Under the pieces are notes generated by a model, which was not told the origin of the DNA, did not search any database, and was given only the letters and a program-made list of their open reading frames with translations. Positions 9,872-20,477 of a stretch of 64,000 nucleotides of DNA are shown one piece after another. The stretch covers positions 1,408,001 through 1,472,000 of the forward strand of contig OY821641.1 in NCBI GenBank assembly GCA_963555995.3, in the 5' to 3' direction. This DNA is from Vicinamibacteria bacterium (lineage in GTDB: Bacteria; Acidobacteriota; Vicinamibacteria; Marinacidobacterales; Marinacidobacteraceae). The stretch's first letter is position 1. Every line of letters begins with the position of its first letter. Made by a program: the position numbers and the translations under genes.

Positions 9872-11479
9872 CTACTGCTGCATGTCCGTGGTCGCCGTGG
9901 CGTGGCTGCGGACCTCCTCGAGGAAGGGAACGTCGCCGTCGGCTTCGGTCAGGAAGGTCTGGAGCGTCGCGTAGGCGCGGTTCGCCGCGTCCTCGTCGCC
10001 GAGCGCGGTCGTCGCGCGGGCGAGTCCGAGCAGCGAAGCCGTCCGGTTCGGGGTCCGGGTGAGGCTGGTCTCGAACTGGGCGCGGGCCTTCTCCGCCTTG
10101 CCGGCGGCGAGGAGCAGTTCGCCCCGCAGCTCGTGCGACGGCTTCATCGGGTAGGTCGGGCCGGACGGCGGGTCCTGGGTCTCTTCGATCTTGGTCGCCG
10201 CCTTCGCGTGCTTCAGAGCGCCCTCGGTGTCCCCGGCGAGTTGGGCCGCCAGCGCCTCGATCTCGTGCTGCATGATGCGCACGGAGTCGGCCTGGTACGC
10301 CTCCCCGTCCGCGGCGCGCTTGTCGGCGAGCGCCTGGAGCTGCTTGGCGGCTTCGGCGGCCCCGGCCTCGTCCCTCTCGGCGAACGCCTTCATGCCCGCG
10401 GCGAGGAGCAGGTTCGCGGTGGAGTTGTAGCGGCTCGTGTCCACGTCGCCCTTCGGCAACGAGATCGCGTCGTAGCGGCCGGTCTCGATCGCGTGGCGGG
10501 CCACCATGGAGGCGGAGATCCGCCGGAGCCGGTTGTCGTCGGTCTCGGCGACGGCATCGTCCACAATGGCGATGGCGTCGAGGACGGCGCCGTAGACGCC
10601 GCGCTGGAGGTCCGCGTAGGCCTTCCACTCGAGGCTGTGGTAGTCCCGCTTGGTGATCGAGAGGTTCTTCCGCTCCACCCACTTGGCGGAGGCGTTGTAG
10701 GCCACGTCGTTCGAAGCCGAGACCCGGTTCCACATCCCGTGCTGCACGAAGATGTGGGAGGGCATGTGCTGCGCGTGGTGCGCCTCGGGCGCGATTTCGG
10801 CGTAGCGGTTCGCCGCCTCGAGGGCGAGGGGCGCGTGCTCGGGATCGTCGAAGGAATGGATCACGTAGTGCGCGGCGCCGGGGTGGTTCGGCTCGCGCTG
10901 GAAGAGGTCGGTGACGATGGCGCCCGCCTTCATCTGGCGGTGGAAGCCGGGCTCGCCGCGGCGGACGAGGCCGAGGTAGGAAAGGGCGTAGAACGCCTGG
11001 GCCTCGTTGTCCTCGGGATGGGCCTCGGCGAGGCGCCGCATCGCCTGGTGGTAGAGCTCGTCGCGCTCGTACTTGTCACCGGGGCCGTAGAGGACTTCCA
11101 CCGTGTCCATGTAGAGGCGTTCGCGGTCCGTCGGGGTCTTGGCCCGGCGTTCGGCGCGGGTGTCCCCGAAGCGCTTCAGGACATCCCGCGCGGCGCTGAT
11201 GTCCTGCTCCGACCACAGCGGGTGGTTGTGGCTGACCGCCTCGCCCCAGTAGGCGAGGGCGAAGTCGGGATCAATCTCCTGGGCGTTCTTGAAGGCCTCT
11301 CCCGCTTCCTCGTACCAGAAGCTGTGGAGCGCCGCGACACCCCGCTGGAAGGCGGCCTGGGCGGCCTCCGAGCCGGAGTTCGGGAAGTGCACGGTGCCGA
11401 GGTCGGACTCTTCCTCGGCGAAGGTCGGCGCCGCGATGAGTGCGAGGGCGGCGAGAGCGAGCATGGTTTTCTTGAACAT
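9872..11479 (-). CDS. Exported TPR-repeat protein
   Basis: Signal peptide MFKKTMLALAALAL; LGTVHFPNS, GVAALHSFWY, HPGAAHYVIHSFD, HAQHMPSHIF. Confidence 0.85.
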   Translation of the reverse strand: MFKKTMLALAALALIAAPTFAEEESDLGTVHFPNSGSEAAQAAFQRGVAALHSFWYEEAGEAFKNAQEIDPDFALAYWGEAVSHNHPLWSEQDISAARDVLKRFGDTRAERRAKTPTDRERLYMDTVEVLYGPGDKYERDELYHQAMRRLAEAHPEDNEAQAFYALSYLGLVRRGEPGFHRQMKAGAIVTDLFQREPNHPGAAHYVIHSFDDPEHAPLALEAANRYAEIAPEAHHAQHMPSHIFVQHGMWNRVSASNDVAYNASAKWVERKNLSITKRDYHSLEWKAYADLQRGVYGAVLDAIAIVDDAVAETDDNRLRRISASMVARHAIETGRYDAISLPKGDVDTSRYNSTANLLLAAGMKAFAERDEAGAAEAAKQLQALADKRAADGEAYQADSVRIMQHEIEALAAQLAGDTEGALKHAKAATKIEETQDPPSGPTYPMKPSHELRGELLLAAGKAEKARAQFETSLTRTPNRTASLLGLARATTALGDEDAANRAYATLQTFLTEADGDVPFLEEVRSHATATTDMQQ

Positions 11480-11611
11480 GGGACCCTCCATCCGGGAGGC
11501 GCGATCTGCGCTCGGAAAGGTCAATTTTAGCCGAGCGGAGGGAGTGGGCGCGAACGCATTGGGGTGGTGGGATTCCATGCCGAGGCGCCGTCGAGCCGGG
11601 TGGGGTTGCGA

Positions 11612-11665
11612 CGTGCGCGGCGCGGAGCGCCGCGGTGCCGGTCTGGAGGCCGGCGTTCCAAGCCG
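11612..11665 (-). repeat. REP-like element copy
   Basis: CGTGCGCGGCGCGGAGCGCCGCGGTGCCGGTCTGGAGGCCGGCGTTCCAAGCCG, the reverse complement of the 6392 family. Confidence 0.75.
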
Positions 11666-11726
11666 TGTGTGTCGTGGGGCCGGCTGGAGGTGGGAGCCCG
11701 CCGCCGCGCTCTCGGAGCGTGGCGGG

Positions 11727-12206
11727 TCAGTTCGCGTTCGTGAACAGGAGGCTGAAAACCGCGATAAGCACCGTGATCAGGAGGGCATAGGCCCCGACCA
11801 TGATCTGCCCCAGCAGTTTCAGCCCGTCGATGCGCGCGACGATCATGTCCAACCGATGGTCGCGTTCGGCTCCGGCCTTGGCAAGATTGCGTACCTCTAC
11901 TGTGAGGTCGCGTACCTCTACTGTGAGGTCGCGTACCTTCACGGTGAGGTCACGGACGATGGCGGCGAGATCGCGGACTTCCGCCTGGATCGGCTGGGTG
12001 TGCGCGGCGACGGTCTCCGATGTCATCGTGTGCATCTTCTTTTCCGCAGTATAGGCGAGCCTTGCCTCGACGCCCGCGTCGAGCAGTGCGTGGAAAATGG
12101 CGCTTTCCTCGGCGGGCTTCGGGGTGCCGGCGGGCGGAGTCTTCGGTAGCGGGGCCGATTCCGGCGCGGCTGCGGGCTCGGGCGTCGGCGGGGTGGGCTG
12201 GGGCAT
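11727..12206 (-). CDS. Hypothetical coiled-coil protein with C-terminal transmembrane helix
   Basis: Heptad repeats VRDLTVK/VRDLTVE; hydrophobic C-terminus; RBS AAGGAG upstream. Confidence 0.7.
   Translation of the reverse strand: MPQPTPPTPEPAAAPESAPLPKTPPAGTPKPAEESAIFHALLDAGVEARLAYTAEKKMHTMTSETVAAHTQPIQAEVRDLAAIVRDLTVKVRDLTVEVRDLTVEVRNLAKAGAERDHRLDMIVARIDGLKLLGQIMVGAYALLITVLIAVFSLLFTNAN
11889..11951. repeat. 21-nt tandem repeat x3 (in-frame heptad)
   Basis: GCGTACCTCTACTGTGAGGTC twice plus one variant copy. Confidence 0.85.
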
Positions 12207-12430
12207 CGGGAACTCCTTCGGGAACGCCGGAGGACACGGCGTCCTCCGCTACTTCCCTAGGCGCAATTCCGGCCCGTTTTTTCCCACTTCGCGAGGAAAT
12301 GTGGAAAAGTCGAAGCGAATGTGCACTTCCGCTGCGTGTTGTGGCGGTACCGGCGTTCCAGGCCGTCGCGCCGCCTGCGCTGGGGAACCGTGCACCGGGA
12401 CGGGCGCCGTTTTGGTGGGTGGGGTTGGGT

Positions 12431-12484
12431 CGTGCGCGGCGCGGAGCGCCGCGGTGCCGGTCTGGAGACTGGGGTTCCAAGCCG
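12431..12484 (-). repeat. REP-like element copy (direct repeat of 11612-11665)
   Basis: CGTGCGCGGCGCGGAGCGCCGCGGTGCCGGTCTGGAGACTGGGGTTCCAAGCCG. Confidence 0.75.
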
Positions 12485-12547
12485 GCTGGGGGGTCCCGGC
12501 GTAACATTCCGGGAACGGGCGGGGAGTCACGGGAGTTTTCTTGAGCG

Positions 12548-13543
<996 letters not shown>

Positions 13544-13563
13544 CAACCGGTCCGCTCGATAGC

Positions 13564-14568
13564 GTGGTGGCCTCGAAAGACGCGCCCGCCGCGGCGGGGC
13601 GCGGCAAGGACCGGACGGGCTTTTTCGCGTCGCTGTTTTCGCCGCGCACTCCGTCGGGGGAACCGGGGCCTGCTACCGAGGTCTCGACCGCGGAACTCCT
13701 CGCCCGGGTGCGGCACATCGAGATCCGCACCCGCAAGCTGGTGACCGAGGCGCTGGCGGGCGCCTACCTGAGCACCTTCAAGGGGCAGGGGATGGAGTTC
13801 TCGGAGGTCCGCGAGTACGCCCCGGGCGACGACATCCGCTCGGTGGACTGGAACGTCACCTCCCGGACCGGAGATCTCCACGTCAAGAAGTTCGTCGAGG
13901 AGCGCGAACAGACCGTGCTGTTCCTTCTCGACGTCTCGCGCTCCTTCGCGTTCGGCAGCCGTCGTGATTTCAAGCGGGCCACCGCCGCCGAGGCGTCCGC
14001 CGCCCTTGCCTTCTCGGCCATCCGGTCCGGGGACCGGGTCGGCGCGCTGCTCTTCACCGACCGCCCCGAAATTCGCCTTCCGGCGCGGAAGGGCCGCCGG
14101 CACGGCCTCCGGGTGCTGCGGGACCTCCTCTACTTCGAGCCCGAGGGCGCCGGGACCGACATCGCGGAGGCGCTCAGCGTGCTGAATCGGGCGGTGCGCC
14201 GGCGCGCGACCGTCTTCCTGGTCAGCGACTTCGTCGGAGATCCGCCCGAGCGCTGGGTGCGTCCCCTCCGGGTGGCGGCGCGCCGGCACGACCTGATCGC
14301 CGTCCGGGTCACGGACGTCCGGGAGCACGCGGTCCCGGACGTCGGCCTCATCGAACTCGAAGACGCCGAGTCCGGAGTTCCGGTGCGGCTGGACACCTCG
14401 GACCGGCGGGTGCGGGACGCCTTCCGCGACCGCGCCCTCAAGGCCCGCGCGGCGGCCTCGCGGGCGCTTCGCGAGACGGGCGTGGACGTGGTGGAGGTGG
14501 CGGCGGGAGAGCCCTACGACGCTCCCCTGCGCAAGTTCTTCCGGATGCGGGAGAAGCGGCGGCGATGA
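13564..14568 (+). CDS. DUF58 domain protein
   Basis: KGQGMEFSEVREYAPGDDIRSVDWNVT; typical gene after moxR. Start uncertain. Confidence 0.92.
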   Translation: MVASKDAPAAAGRGKDRTGFFASLFSPRTPSGEPGPATEVSTAELLARVRHIEIRTRKLVTEALAGAYLSTFKGQGMEFSEVREYAPGDDIRSVDWNVTSRTGDLHVKKFVEEREQTVLFLLDVSRSFAFGSRRDFKRATAAEASAALAFSAIRSGDRVGALLFTDRPEIRLPARKGRRHGLRVLRDLLYFEPEGAGTDIAEALSVLNRAVRRRATVFLVSDFVGDPPERWVRPLRVAARRHDLIAVRVTDVREHAVPDVGLIELEDAESGVPVRLDTSDRRVRDAFRDRALKARAAASRALRETGVDVVEVAAGEPYDAPLRKFFRMREKRRR

Positions 14569-15620
14569 GAGCCACCGCCCTCCTGACCGCGTTCTCCTGC
14601 CTGGCGGCGGCATCCGCCACCGGCGCATTCGCCCAGCCCGGACCGGAACCGGTTGCCGGCGCCATCGCCGAAGTGGTCTCCGAGCCGGTGGAGGTCGGGG
14701 ACGTCTTCGAACTGGAGATCGTCGTGGAACACTCCGAGGGCGCGGAGGCCGCCCCGGTGGTCGAGGAGAGCCTCGGCGACTTCCGGATCCTGGGGGCGGT
14801 CCCGGTCGCGCCGGACGGCGCCCCCGCCGGGGAGAGCCGGTTTCGCCTCCGGCTCGGCGCCTTCGTGCTTCCGGGCGACCACGAAATCCCCCCCGTGCCG
14901 GTCGGCGTCCGGGCCGCCGGCGGCGAACTGTCGCTCATCCAGACGCCGCCGGCGCCGGTGCGGGTGGTCTCGTCGCTGCCGCCCGACGCCGAAGCGGCCG
15001 GGGGAGACATCCATGACATCCGGGGACCTTTCGAACTGAACGTGCCCCCGCGCTGGGGAGCGATCGGCCTGCTCGCCCTGGGAGTCCTGGTCCTCCTCGC
15101 CGCCGCCTGGTGGCTCTGGCGGCGCCGTCGCCCCCGCGAGGCGCCGGCCGTCCCGCTTCCTCCGCCGGCGGCGGAGGCGGAGGCCGCGCTCGCCCGGCTG
15201 GCCCGGGCCGGACTCCTCGAAAAGGGCGACGTGGTGGGTTATTACGAGCGCCTCGCCGGGATCATGAAGCGCTACGCGGGGCGGCGGTTCGAGACGCCGT
15301 GGAGTGAACGGACCACCGGGGAGGTCCTCCGGGACCTGCGGCTGCGCGCCGCGTCCCGACACGGCGAGGCGCTGACGCTGCTCGCGTCCATCCTGGGTGA
15401 GGCGGACCTCGCCAAGTTCAGCGAACGGGCCTTCCGTCCGGACGCCGCGCAGTCGCGGTTCCGGGAGGCGGGGATGTTCCTGGACCGGACCCGCCCGCCG
15501 CTCACCCCGGAGCCGGATTCCGGGGACGGGGCGGGGAAGGAACGCGCGCTGCCTCCCGGCGGCGCCGGACCGCCCGCCCGGGTGTCCGGGAGGACGCCGC
15601 CCGAGGTGGAGGTCCGCTGA
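14565..15620 (+). CDS. Bat-operon membrane protein (DUF4381/BatD-like)
   Basis: Signal peptide, DIHDIRGP, TM helix, ERTTGE motif; operon position. Confidence 0.75.
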   Translation: MRATALLTAFSCLAAASATGAFAQPGPEPVAGAIAEVVSEPVEVGDVFELEIVVEHSEGAEAAPVVEESLGDFRILGAVPVAPDGAPAGESRFRLRLGAFVLPGDHEIPPVPVGVRAAGGELSLIQTPPAPVRVVSSLPPDAEAAGGDIHDIRGPFELNVPPRWGAIGLLALGVLVLLAAAWWLWRRRRPREAPAVPLPPPAAEAEAALARLARAGLLEKGDVVGYYERLAGIMKRYAGRRFETPWSERTTGEVLRDLRLRAASRHGEALTLLASILGEADLAKFSERAFRPDAAQSRFREAGMFLDRTRPPLTPEPDSGDGAGKERALPPGGAGPPARVSGRTPPEVEVR

Positions 15621-16597
15621 TGCGCCTGCTGTGGCCGGCGGCGCTCCTGCTGCTGCTCCTGGTTCCGCTGTTCGCGATCCGCGCGCGGCGGCTCGCCCCA
15701 CCGTCGCTGCGGTTCCCGGAGGCCGCCGGGCTCCGGGCGTTACCCCGCTCGCTCCGCTCCCGGCTCGCCTTCCTCCCCGGAGCGCTCGTGCTCGCCGCGC
15801 TGGCGCTCGCCGCGGTGGCGCTCGCCCGTCCCCAGACCGGGATCACCGAGGAGACCGGCGCCAGCCTCGGGGTGGACATCGTGCTTGCCCTCGACATCTC
15901 CTCGAGCATGCGGGCGGAGGACTTCGCTCCGGCGAATCGCCTGGTTGCCGCCAAGGAGGTGCTCGAGGACTTCATTGACCGGCGGACGGACGACCGCCTG
16001 GGAGCGGTGGCGTTCGCCCGGAACGCGGTGACGCTCAGCCCCTTGACGCTCGATCACGGCGTCCTCACGGACCGGCTCCGGGAAGTGGACATCGGCGACA
16101 TCCCCGACGGGACCGCCATCGGCAATGCCATCGCGGCCTCGGTCAACCGGCTCGCGGGTTCCGAGGCCGAGAGCCGCGTCATCGTCCTGCTCACCGACGG
16201 GGTCTCGAACGCCGGGGAGATCCACCCGTTGACCGCCGCCGGGCTGGCCCGCACCCGGGGGATCCGGGTCTACACGGTGGGCGCCGGGAGCCAGCAGGGC
16301 GGGCGGATGGTCATGCGGCGGCCGGACGGCTCCCTCGATGTCCGGACGGCGCCCGGCATTGACGAAGCGATGCTCACCGAGGTCGCGGACGCGACCGGGG
16401 GCCGCTACTTCCGGGCCCGCGACAGCGAAGGGCTCCGGGCGGTGTACCAGGAGATCGACGCGCTGGAGCGGACCGAACTCCAGGCGCCGACCTGGACGAG
16501 CTGGTCGGACGATGGGCCCCGGCTCGCCGGCTGGGCGGCGGTCCTCCTGTTTTCCGGCCTGGCGCTCGGCGCCACGGTGCTCAGGACGGCGCCATGA
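15620..16597 (+). CDS. batA: VWA domain protein BatA
   Basis: ALARPQ, MIDAS DISSSM, GTAIGNAI, LLTDG. Confidence 0.9.
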   Translation: MRLLWPAALLLLLLVPLFAIRARRLAPPSLRFPEAAGLRALPRSLRSRLAFLPGALVLAALALAAVALARPQTGITEETGASLGVDIVLALDISSSMRAEDFAPANRLVAAKEVLEDFIDRRTDDRLGAVAFARNAVTLSPLTLDHGVLTDRLREVDIGDIPDGTAIGNAIAASVNRLAGSEAESRVIVLLTDGVSNAGEIHPLTAAGLARTRGIRVYTVGAGSQQGGRMVMRRPDGSLDVRTAPGIDEAMLTEVADATGGRYFRARDSEGLRAVYQEIDALERTELQAPTWTSWSDDGPRLAGWAAVLLFSGLALGATVLRTAP

Positions 16598-16651
16598 CGT
16601 CCGGAACACGACCGTTGTCCGCGCCCCGTGCCCGACAGGGAGATCGCTGAA

Positions 16652-17680
16652 ATGCGCTTCGGCGAGCCGTCGGCGCTGCTTCTGCTGCTGCTCTTTCCGC
16701 TGGCGGCGGGCCTCGTCCTCCTGGCGGCGCGGCGCGGACGGAGGGTCCTGGGCCGCTTTGGAGTCCGCACGGCGGCGCTGATCGAAGGCGACAGCCGAAC
16801 CCGCCGCCGGTTCCGGGACTTCCTGTTGCTGGGCGCCGTCCTCCTGCTCGCGACCGCGGCCGCGCGCCCGCAGTGGGGACGGCAGGAACAGGAGGTGACC
16901 CTGGTCGGGGTGGACGTCGTCCTCGCAATGGACACCTCCTTCAGCATGGACGCCCGCGACGTGGCGCCTTCCCGGATGGAGCGGGCGCGCTACATCGCCG
17001 GCGAGCTGCTCGACCGGATGGTCGGGAACCGGGTGGGGATCGTGGCGTTTTCCGGGACGGCCTTCACCCAGTGTCCGCTCACCCATGATCTCGGCGCCGT
17101 TCGGACCCTGCTCGCCGGGATCGCCACCGGCGCCGTGGAGAGTCCCGGAACGAACCTGGCCGCCATGATCGAGGAGGCGGCCCGCGCCTTCGAGCGCCAG
17201 GAGAGCCGGCACCGCGTGGTCGTGCTGCTCACCGACGGCCAGCAGGACGACCTGCGGGTCACCGAGATCGCGGAAGTGGCCCGGACGGCGAACGAACGGG
17301 ACATCGTCGTCCTTCCGGTCGGGGTGGGGACGCCCGGCGGGGCCACCATCCCGGCGGACTCGGATTCCGGGCCGACGCTGATGCGCGACGCCGCCGGTTC
17401 TCCCATCGTGAGCCGGTTGGACCGCGCGGCGCTCGCCGAACTGGCGGCGCTGACCGGCGGCGTCTTCTTCGAGGTGTCCGCGGACGATCGGGAGATCGAA
17501 GGATTGACGGCCCGGATCGCCGGGATCGAAGGAGGAGAGCTCGGCGCCCAGATCTCCCGGCGCTATCGGGAGCGGTTCTGGATCCCCGCCGCACTTGCCG
17601 TCGGTTTGATCGCGGCGGCCGGGTTCGCAAGCCCGTCGCGCCGCCGCCGGTCGCCGGCAAGCCGGGGAGGGCTTTCGTGA
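16652..17680 (+). CDS. batB: VWA domain protein BatB
   Basis: ARPQWG, DTSFSMDARDVAPSRM, QCPLTHD, LLTDG. Confidence 0.88.
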   Translation: MRFGEPSALLLLLLFPLAAGLVLLAARRGRRVLGRFGVRTAALIEGDSRTRRRFRDFLLLGAVLLLATAAARPQWGRQEQEVTLVGVDVVLAMDTSFSMDARDVAPSRMERARYIAGELLDRMVGNRVGIVAFSGTAFTQCPLTHDLGAVRTLLAGIATGAVESPGTNLAAMIEEAARAFERQESRHRVVVLLTDGQQDDLRVTEIAEVARTANERDIVVLPVGVGTPGGATIPADSDSGPTLMRDAAGSPIVSRLDRAALAELAALTGGVFFEVSADDREIEGLTARIAGIEGGELGAQISRRYRERFWIPAALAVGLIAAAGFASPSRRRRSPASRGGLS

Positions 17681-18555
17681 TCCGCGCCGCTTTCGCCCTG
17701 TTGCTGGCGGCGCAGTTGTTCGGCGGGGGGGAACGGAACACCCGCGAGGGAGCGGAGCACTTCGAAGCGAACCGCCTGGAAGAGGCGCTGCGGGCCTTTT
17801 CGCGCGCGGAGGGGGAATTCCCGGACGCGCCCGAGAACGACCTGAACATCGCCGGGGTCCACTACCGGCTCGGCGAGGCGGAAGGCGCCCCGGCCGGGGA
17901 GGAGGGCCCGCTCGCCGAAGCGCTCCGTGGCTATCAGGCGGCGCTCGCGGGGGGCGCCGGCGGCCCGGACGGAGCGGTCCGGCGCGACGCCTTCTACAAC
18001 CTGGCCAACACCCTGTTCCGCGGCGGCGCGTTCCGGGAGGCGGCGGCCGCCTACGGGGAAGCCATCGCCCTCGACCCGGAAGACCTGGAAGCCCGGCAGA
18101 ACCTGGAGCGGGCGCTGCGCGCGGCCGATGAAGAAGAACGGCAGGGTGAGTCACCGGATCAGCAGCAACAGGATCAGCAACAACAGGGGCAGGATCAGGA
18201 GCCGCAGGACCAGGAGGGACAGGGAGCGCAGAGTCCCGAGGAACAGGGGCAGGACCGCCAGGACTCCCAGTCCTCCGAGGATCGGGACCCGGAGTCCGGC
18301 GATGAGCAACAGCCCCCTCCCGAAGGTTCCCCACAGTCCCACGACCAGCCACCCGCCGACGACGCGAGCGGCAGCGCACCCCAGGATGCCGGTCCGGACG
18401 CCGAAACGCCGGACTCCGCCCCCGGCGAGGTGCCCGAGATCAGCCCCGAGCAGGCGGAGCGCATCCTTGCCGCGCTCGCCGACGTGGAACGGGCGTTTCA
18501 GGAGGACCGGCTCGAGAAGCGCCGGGCCCGGGCCCTCCGGAGGGGCCGGCACTGA
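17677..18555 (+). CDS. batC: TPR protein BatC with Q/E-rich linker
   Basis: AFYNLANTLF, ARQNLERA, poly-Q region, EQAERILAAL. Confidence 0.8.
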   Translation: MIRAAFALLLAAQLFGGGERNTREGAEHFEANRLEEALRAFSRAEGEFPDAPENDLNIAGVHYRLGEAEGAPAGEEGPLAEALRGYQAALAGGAGGPDGAVRRDAFYNLANTLFRGGAFREAAAAYGEAIALDPEDLEARQNLERALRAADEEERQGESPDQQQQDQQQQGQDQEPQDQEGQGAQSPEEQGQDRQDSQSSEDRDPESGDEQQPPPEGSPQSHDQPPADDASGSAPQDAGPDAETPDSAPGEVPEISPEQAERILAALADVERAFQEDRLEKRRARALRRGRH

Positions 18556-20477
18556 TGAGACGGGGCTTCGTGACCGCGGTCCTGGCGGTCCTGCTCGCGC
18601 CGTCCGTCCACGCCCAGGAGGCCGCCGAGGCGAGCGTGGACGCGGACCACATCGGGATCGAGGACACGCTCACCCTGACGGTCTCGGTGCCCGAGGAGCG
18701 CGGCGGAGCCCCCGCGCTGTCCAGACTTGCCGGGTTCGAGGTGCTGGGCAGCCAGCGGATGTCCAGGACCGAGATCGTCAACTTCCAGATGACGCGCGCC
18801 ACGGAATGGATCTACCGGCTCCGGCCGCTTTCGGTCGGAGAACTGACGATTCCGGAGATTCCGGTTCCGGGGTACCGGCCCACGTCCCCGATCCGGGTGC
18901 GCGTGGAGCAGGGCAGCCTCCGCCCCGGCGCCCCCGATCCGTTCGCGTCTCCCTTCTCGTCGCCCTTTCCCTCTCCCTTCGGCCTCGGGGATCCCTTCGA
19001 CCCGCGGCGCCGCCGCGAAGCGACGGTTCCGCAGGTTCGCGAAGAGGACGTCTTCGTCCGGGCCGAGGCGCCGGACTCCGGGGTGCGGGTGGGCGAGCAG
19101 GTTCTCGTCCTCTACCGGCTCTGGTCGCGGCTCCCGGTGTTTGCGGCGGCGCCGGTGGAGTTGGCCCAGCCGGAGGGGTTCTGGACCGAGGAGGTGGAGC
19201 TCCCCGACGTTCCCTGGCAGGAGCGCGGCCTGAGCGGGAGCGAGATCCGGGAGCGCCGGAGTCTGCCGGGGCCCCGCCGCGAACGCCGCACCCTGAACGG
19301 GGTGGCGTACGAGACCTATCCGCTGCTCATGCGCGCGGTCTTCCCGACCGGCGCCGGGGAACGCGAGCTCCCGGGACCGCGCTTCGAGGTCGGGATCGAG
19401 GGCGCGCGCCGGTCCTTTTTCGGCCCGGAGCAGGTGGTGGTGGTCCGGGAGGCGCCCGCGGTCACGATCCGCGCCGAACCCTTGCCCGACGCCGGGCGGC
19501 CCGCCGGGTTCACCGGCGCGGTCGGGGACTACGGTCTTCGCGCGGAGGTCCGGCGGGACGGCTCGCCGCTCGGCGACCGGACTGCGGCGGCCGGCGAGGC
19601 GCTCGTGCTCCGCGTCGAGCTCGAAGGGAACGGCAACCTGCGGGCGGCCGGAACGCCGGTCCTTCCCGAGGGGCCCGAGACGCGGCGGGCCTTCCGCTTC
19701 TTCGACCCGGATGCGTCTTCCGAGACCGGCCTCCGGGAGGAGGGATCGGGACTCGCCTTCGGCGGCCGGCAGATCTGGGAGTTCCCGATGGTGCCCGAGG
19801 CCGGCGGGGTCCGGAACATCGCCGCCGTGACCCTCGATGTCTTCAACCCGCGGACCGGCGCTTACGAGGAGCTGGCTTCGGATCCCCTCCGGATTCGCGT
19901 GGAAGGAGCGGCCGCGGCGGCGCCGGGAGCCGAGGGCCCGGTCGGGGTGGAGCGGTTCGGGGAGGACATCCGGTATCTGAAGCCCGTGGGTCGCGAGACG
20001 GGTCCGCCGGGCGGTCCCTGGCGTCCCGGGGCGCTCTTCGGTCTGGGCCTCGCGCTGCCGGTGCTGTGGAACCTGGGACTCCTCGCGGTCCGGCGGCGGC
20101 GGGCCTGGCGGGAAGCGCATCCGGCCGAGTTCCGCCGTCTCCGGGCCGCCCGGGATGCCCGGCGGGCGCTCTCGCGGGTGACGGGAGACGGGCCGGAGGC
20201 CGCCGCCCGGGTCGGGGAGGCGCTCACCGAATACGCGGCGGCGCGGCTGGGCGGGTCCCGGCACGGCTTCACCCCCGAGAGCGCGGCGCGGCGTCTTCAG
20301 GACGCCGGCGCGGCGGCGGACGCCGCCCGCCGCTTCCGGGCGCTCCTCTCCCGCTCCGAAGCGGCGCGCTTCGCCGCGTCCGCAGGGGGAGACCGGGCGG
20401 GTTCCGACGCGAAGGAAGCCGCCGAACTCGTCCGCGAGCTCGAGGCGCAGCTCGGCGGGAAGCGAGGTGCGGGATGA
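18555..20477 (+). CDS. batD: BatD family protein
   Basis: Signal peptide, GELTIP, FTGAVGDY, EGNGNL, FNPRTGAY, TM helix. Confidence 0.85.
   Translation: MRRGFVTAVLAVLLAPSVHAQEAAEASVDADHIGIEDTLTLTVSVPEERGGAPALSRLAGFEVLGSQRMSRTEIVNFQMTRATEWIYRLRPLSVGELTIPEIPVPGYRPTSPIRVRVEQGSLRPGAPDPFASPFSSPFPSPFGLGDPFDPRRRREATVPQVREEDVFVRAEAPDSGVRVGEQVLVLYRLWSRLPVFAAAPVELAQPEGFWTEEVELPDVPWQERGLSGSEIRERRSLPGPRRERRTLNGVAYETYPLLMRAVFPTGAGERELPGPRFEVGIEGARRSFFGPEQVVVVREAPAVTIRAEPLPDAGRPAGFTGAVGDYGLRAEVRRDGSPLGDRTAAAGEALVLRVELEGNGNLRAAGTPVLPEGPETRRAFRFFDPDASSETGLREEGSGLAFGGRQIWEFPMVPEAGGVRNIAAVTLDVFNPRTGAYEELASDPLRIRVEGAAAAAPGAEGPVGVERFGEDIRYLKPVGRETGPPGGPWRPGALFGLGLALPVLWNLGLLAVRRRRAWREAHPAEFRRLRAARDARRALSRVTGDGPEAAARVGEALTEYAAARLGGSRHGFTPESAARRLQDAGAAADAARRFRALLSRSEAARFAASAGGDRAGSDAKEAAELVRELEAQLGGKRGAG

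Noticed and set aside
17927-20473. Upstream part of the 1119-aa ORF
   Set aside because: Out-of-frame overlap with batC and batD; only 20474-21286 (batE) is credible.
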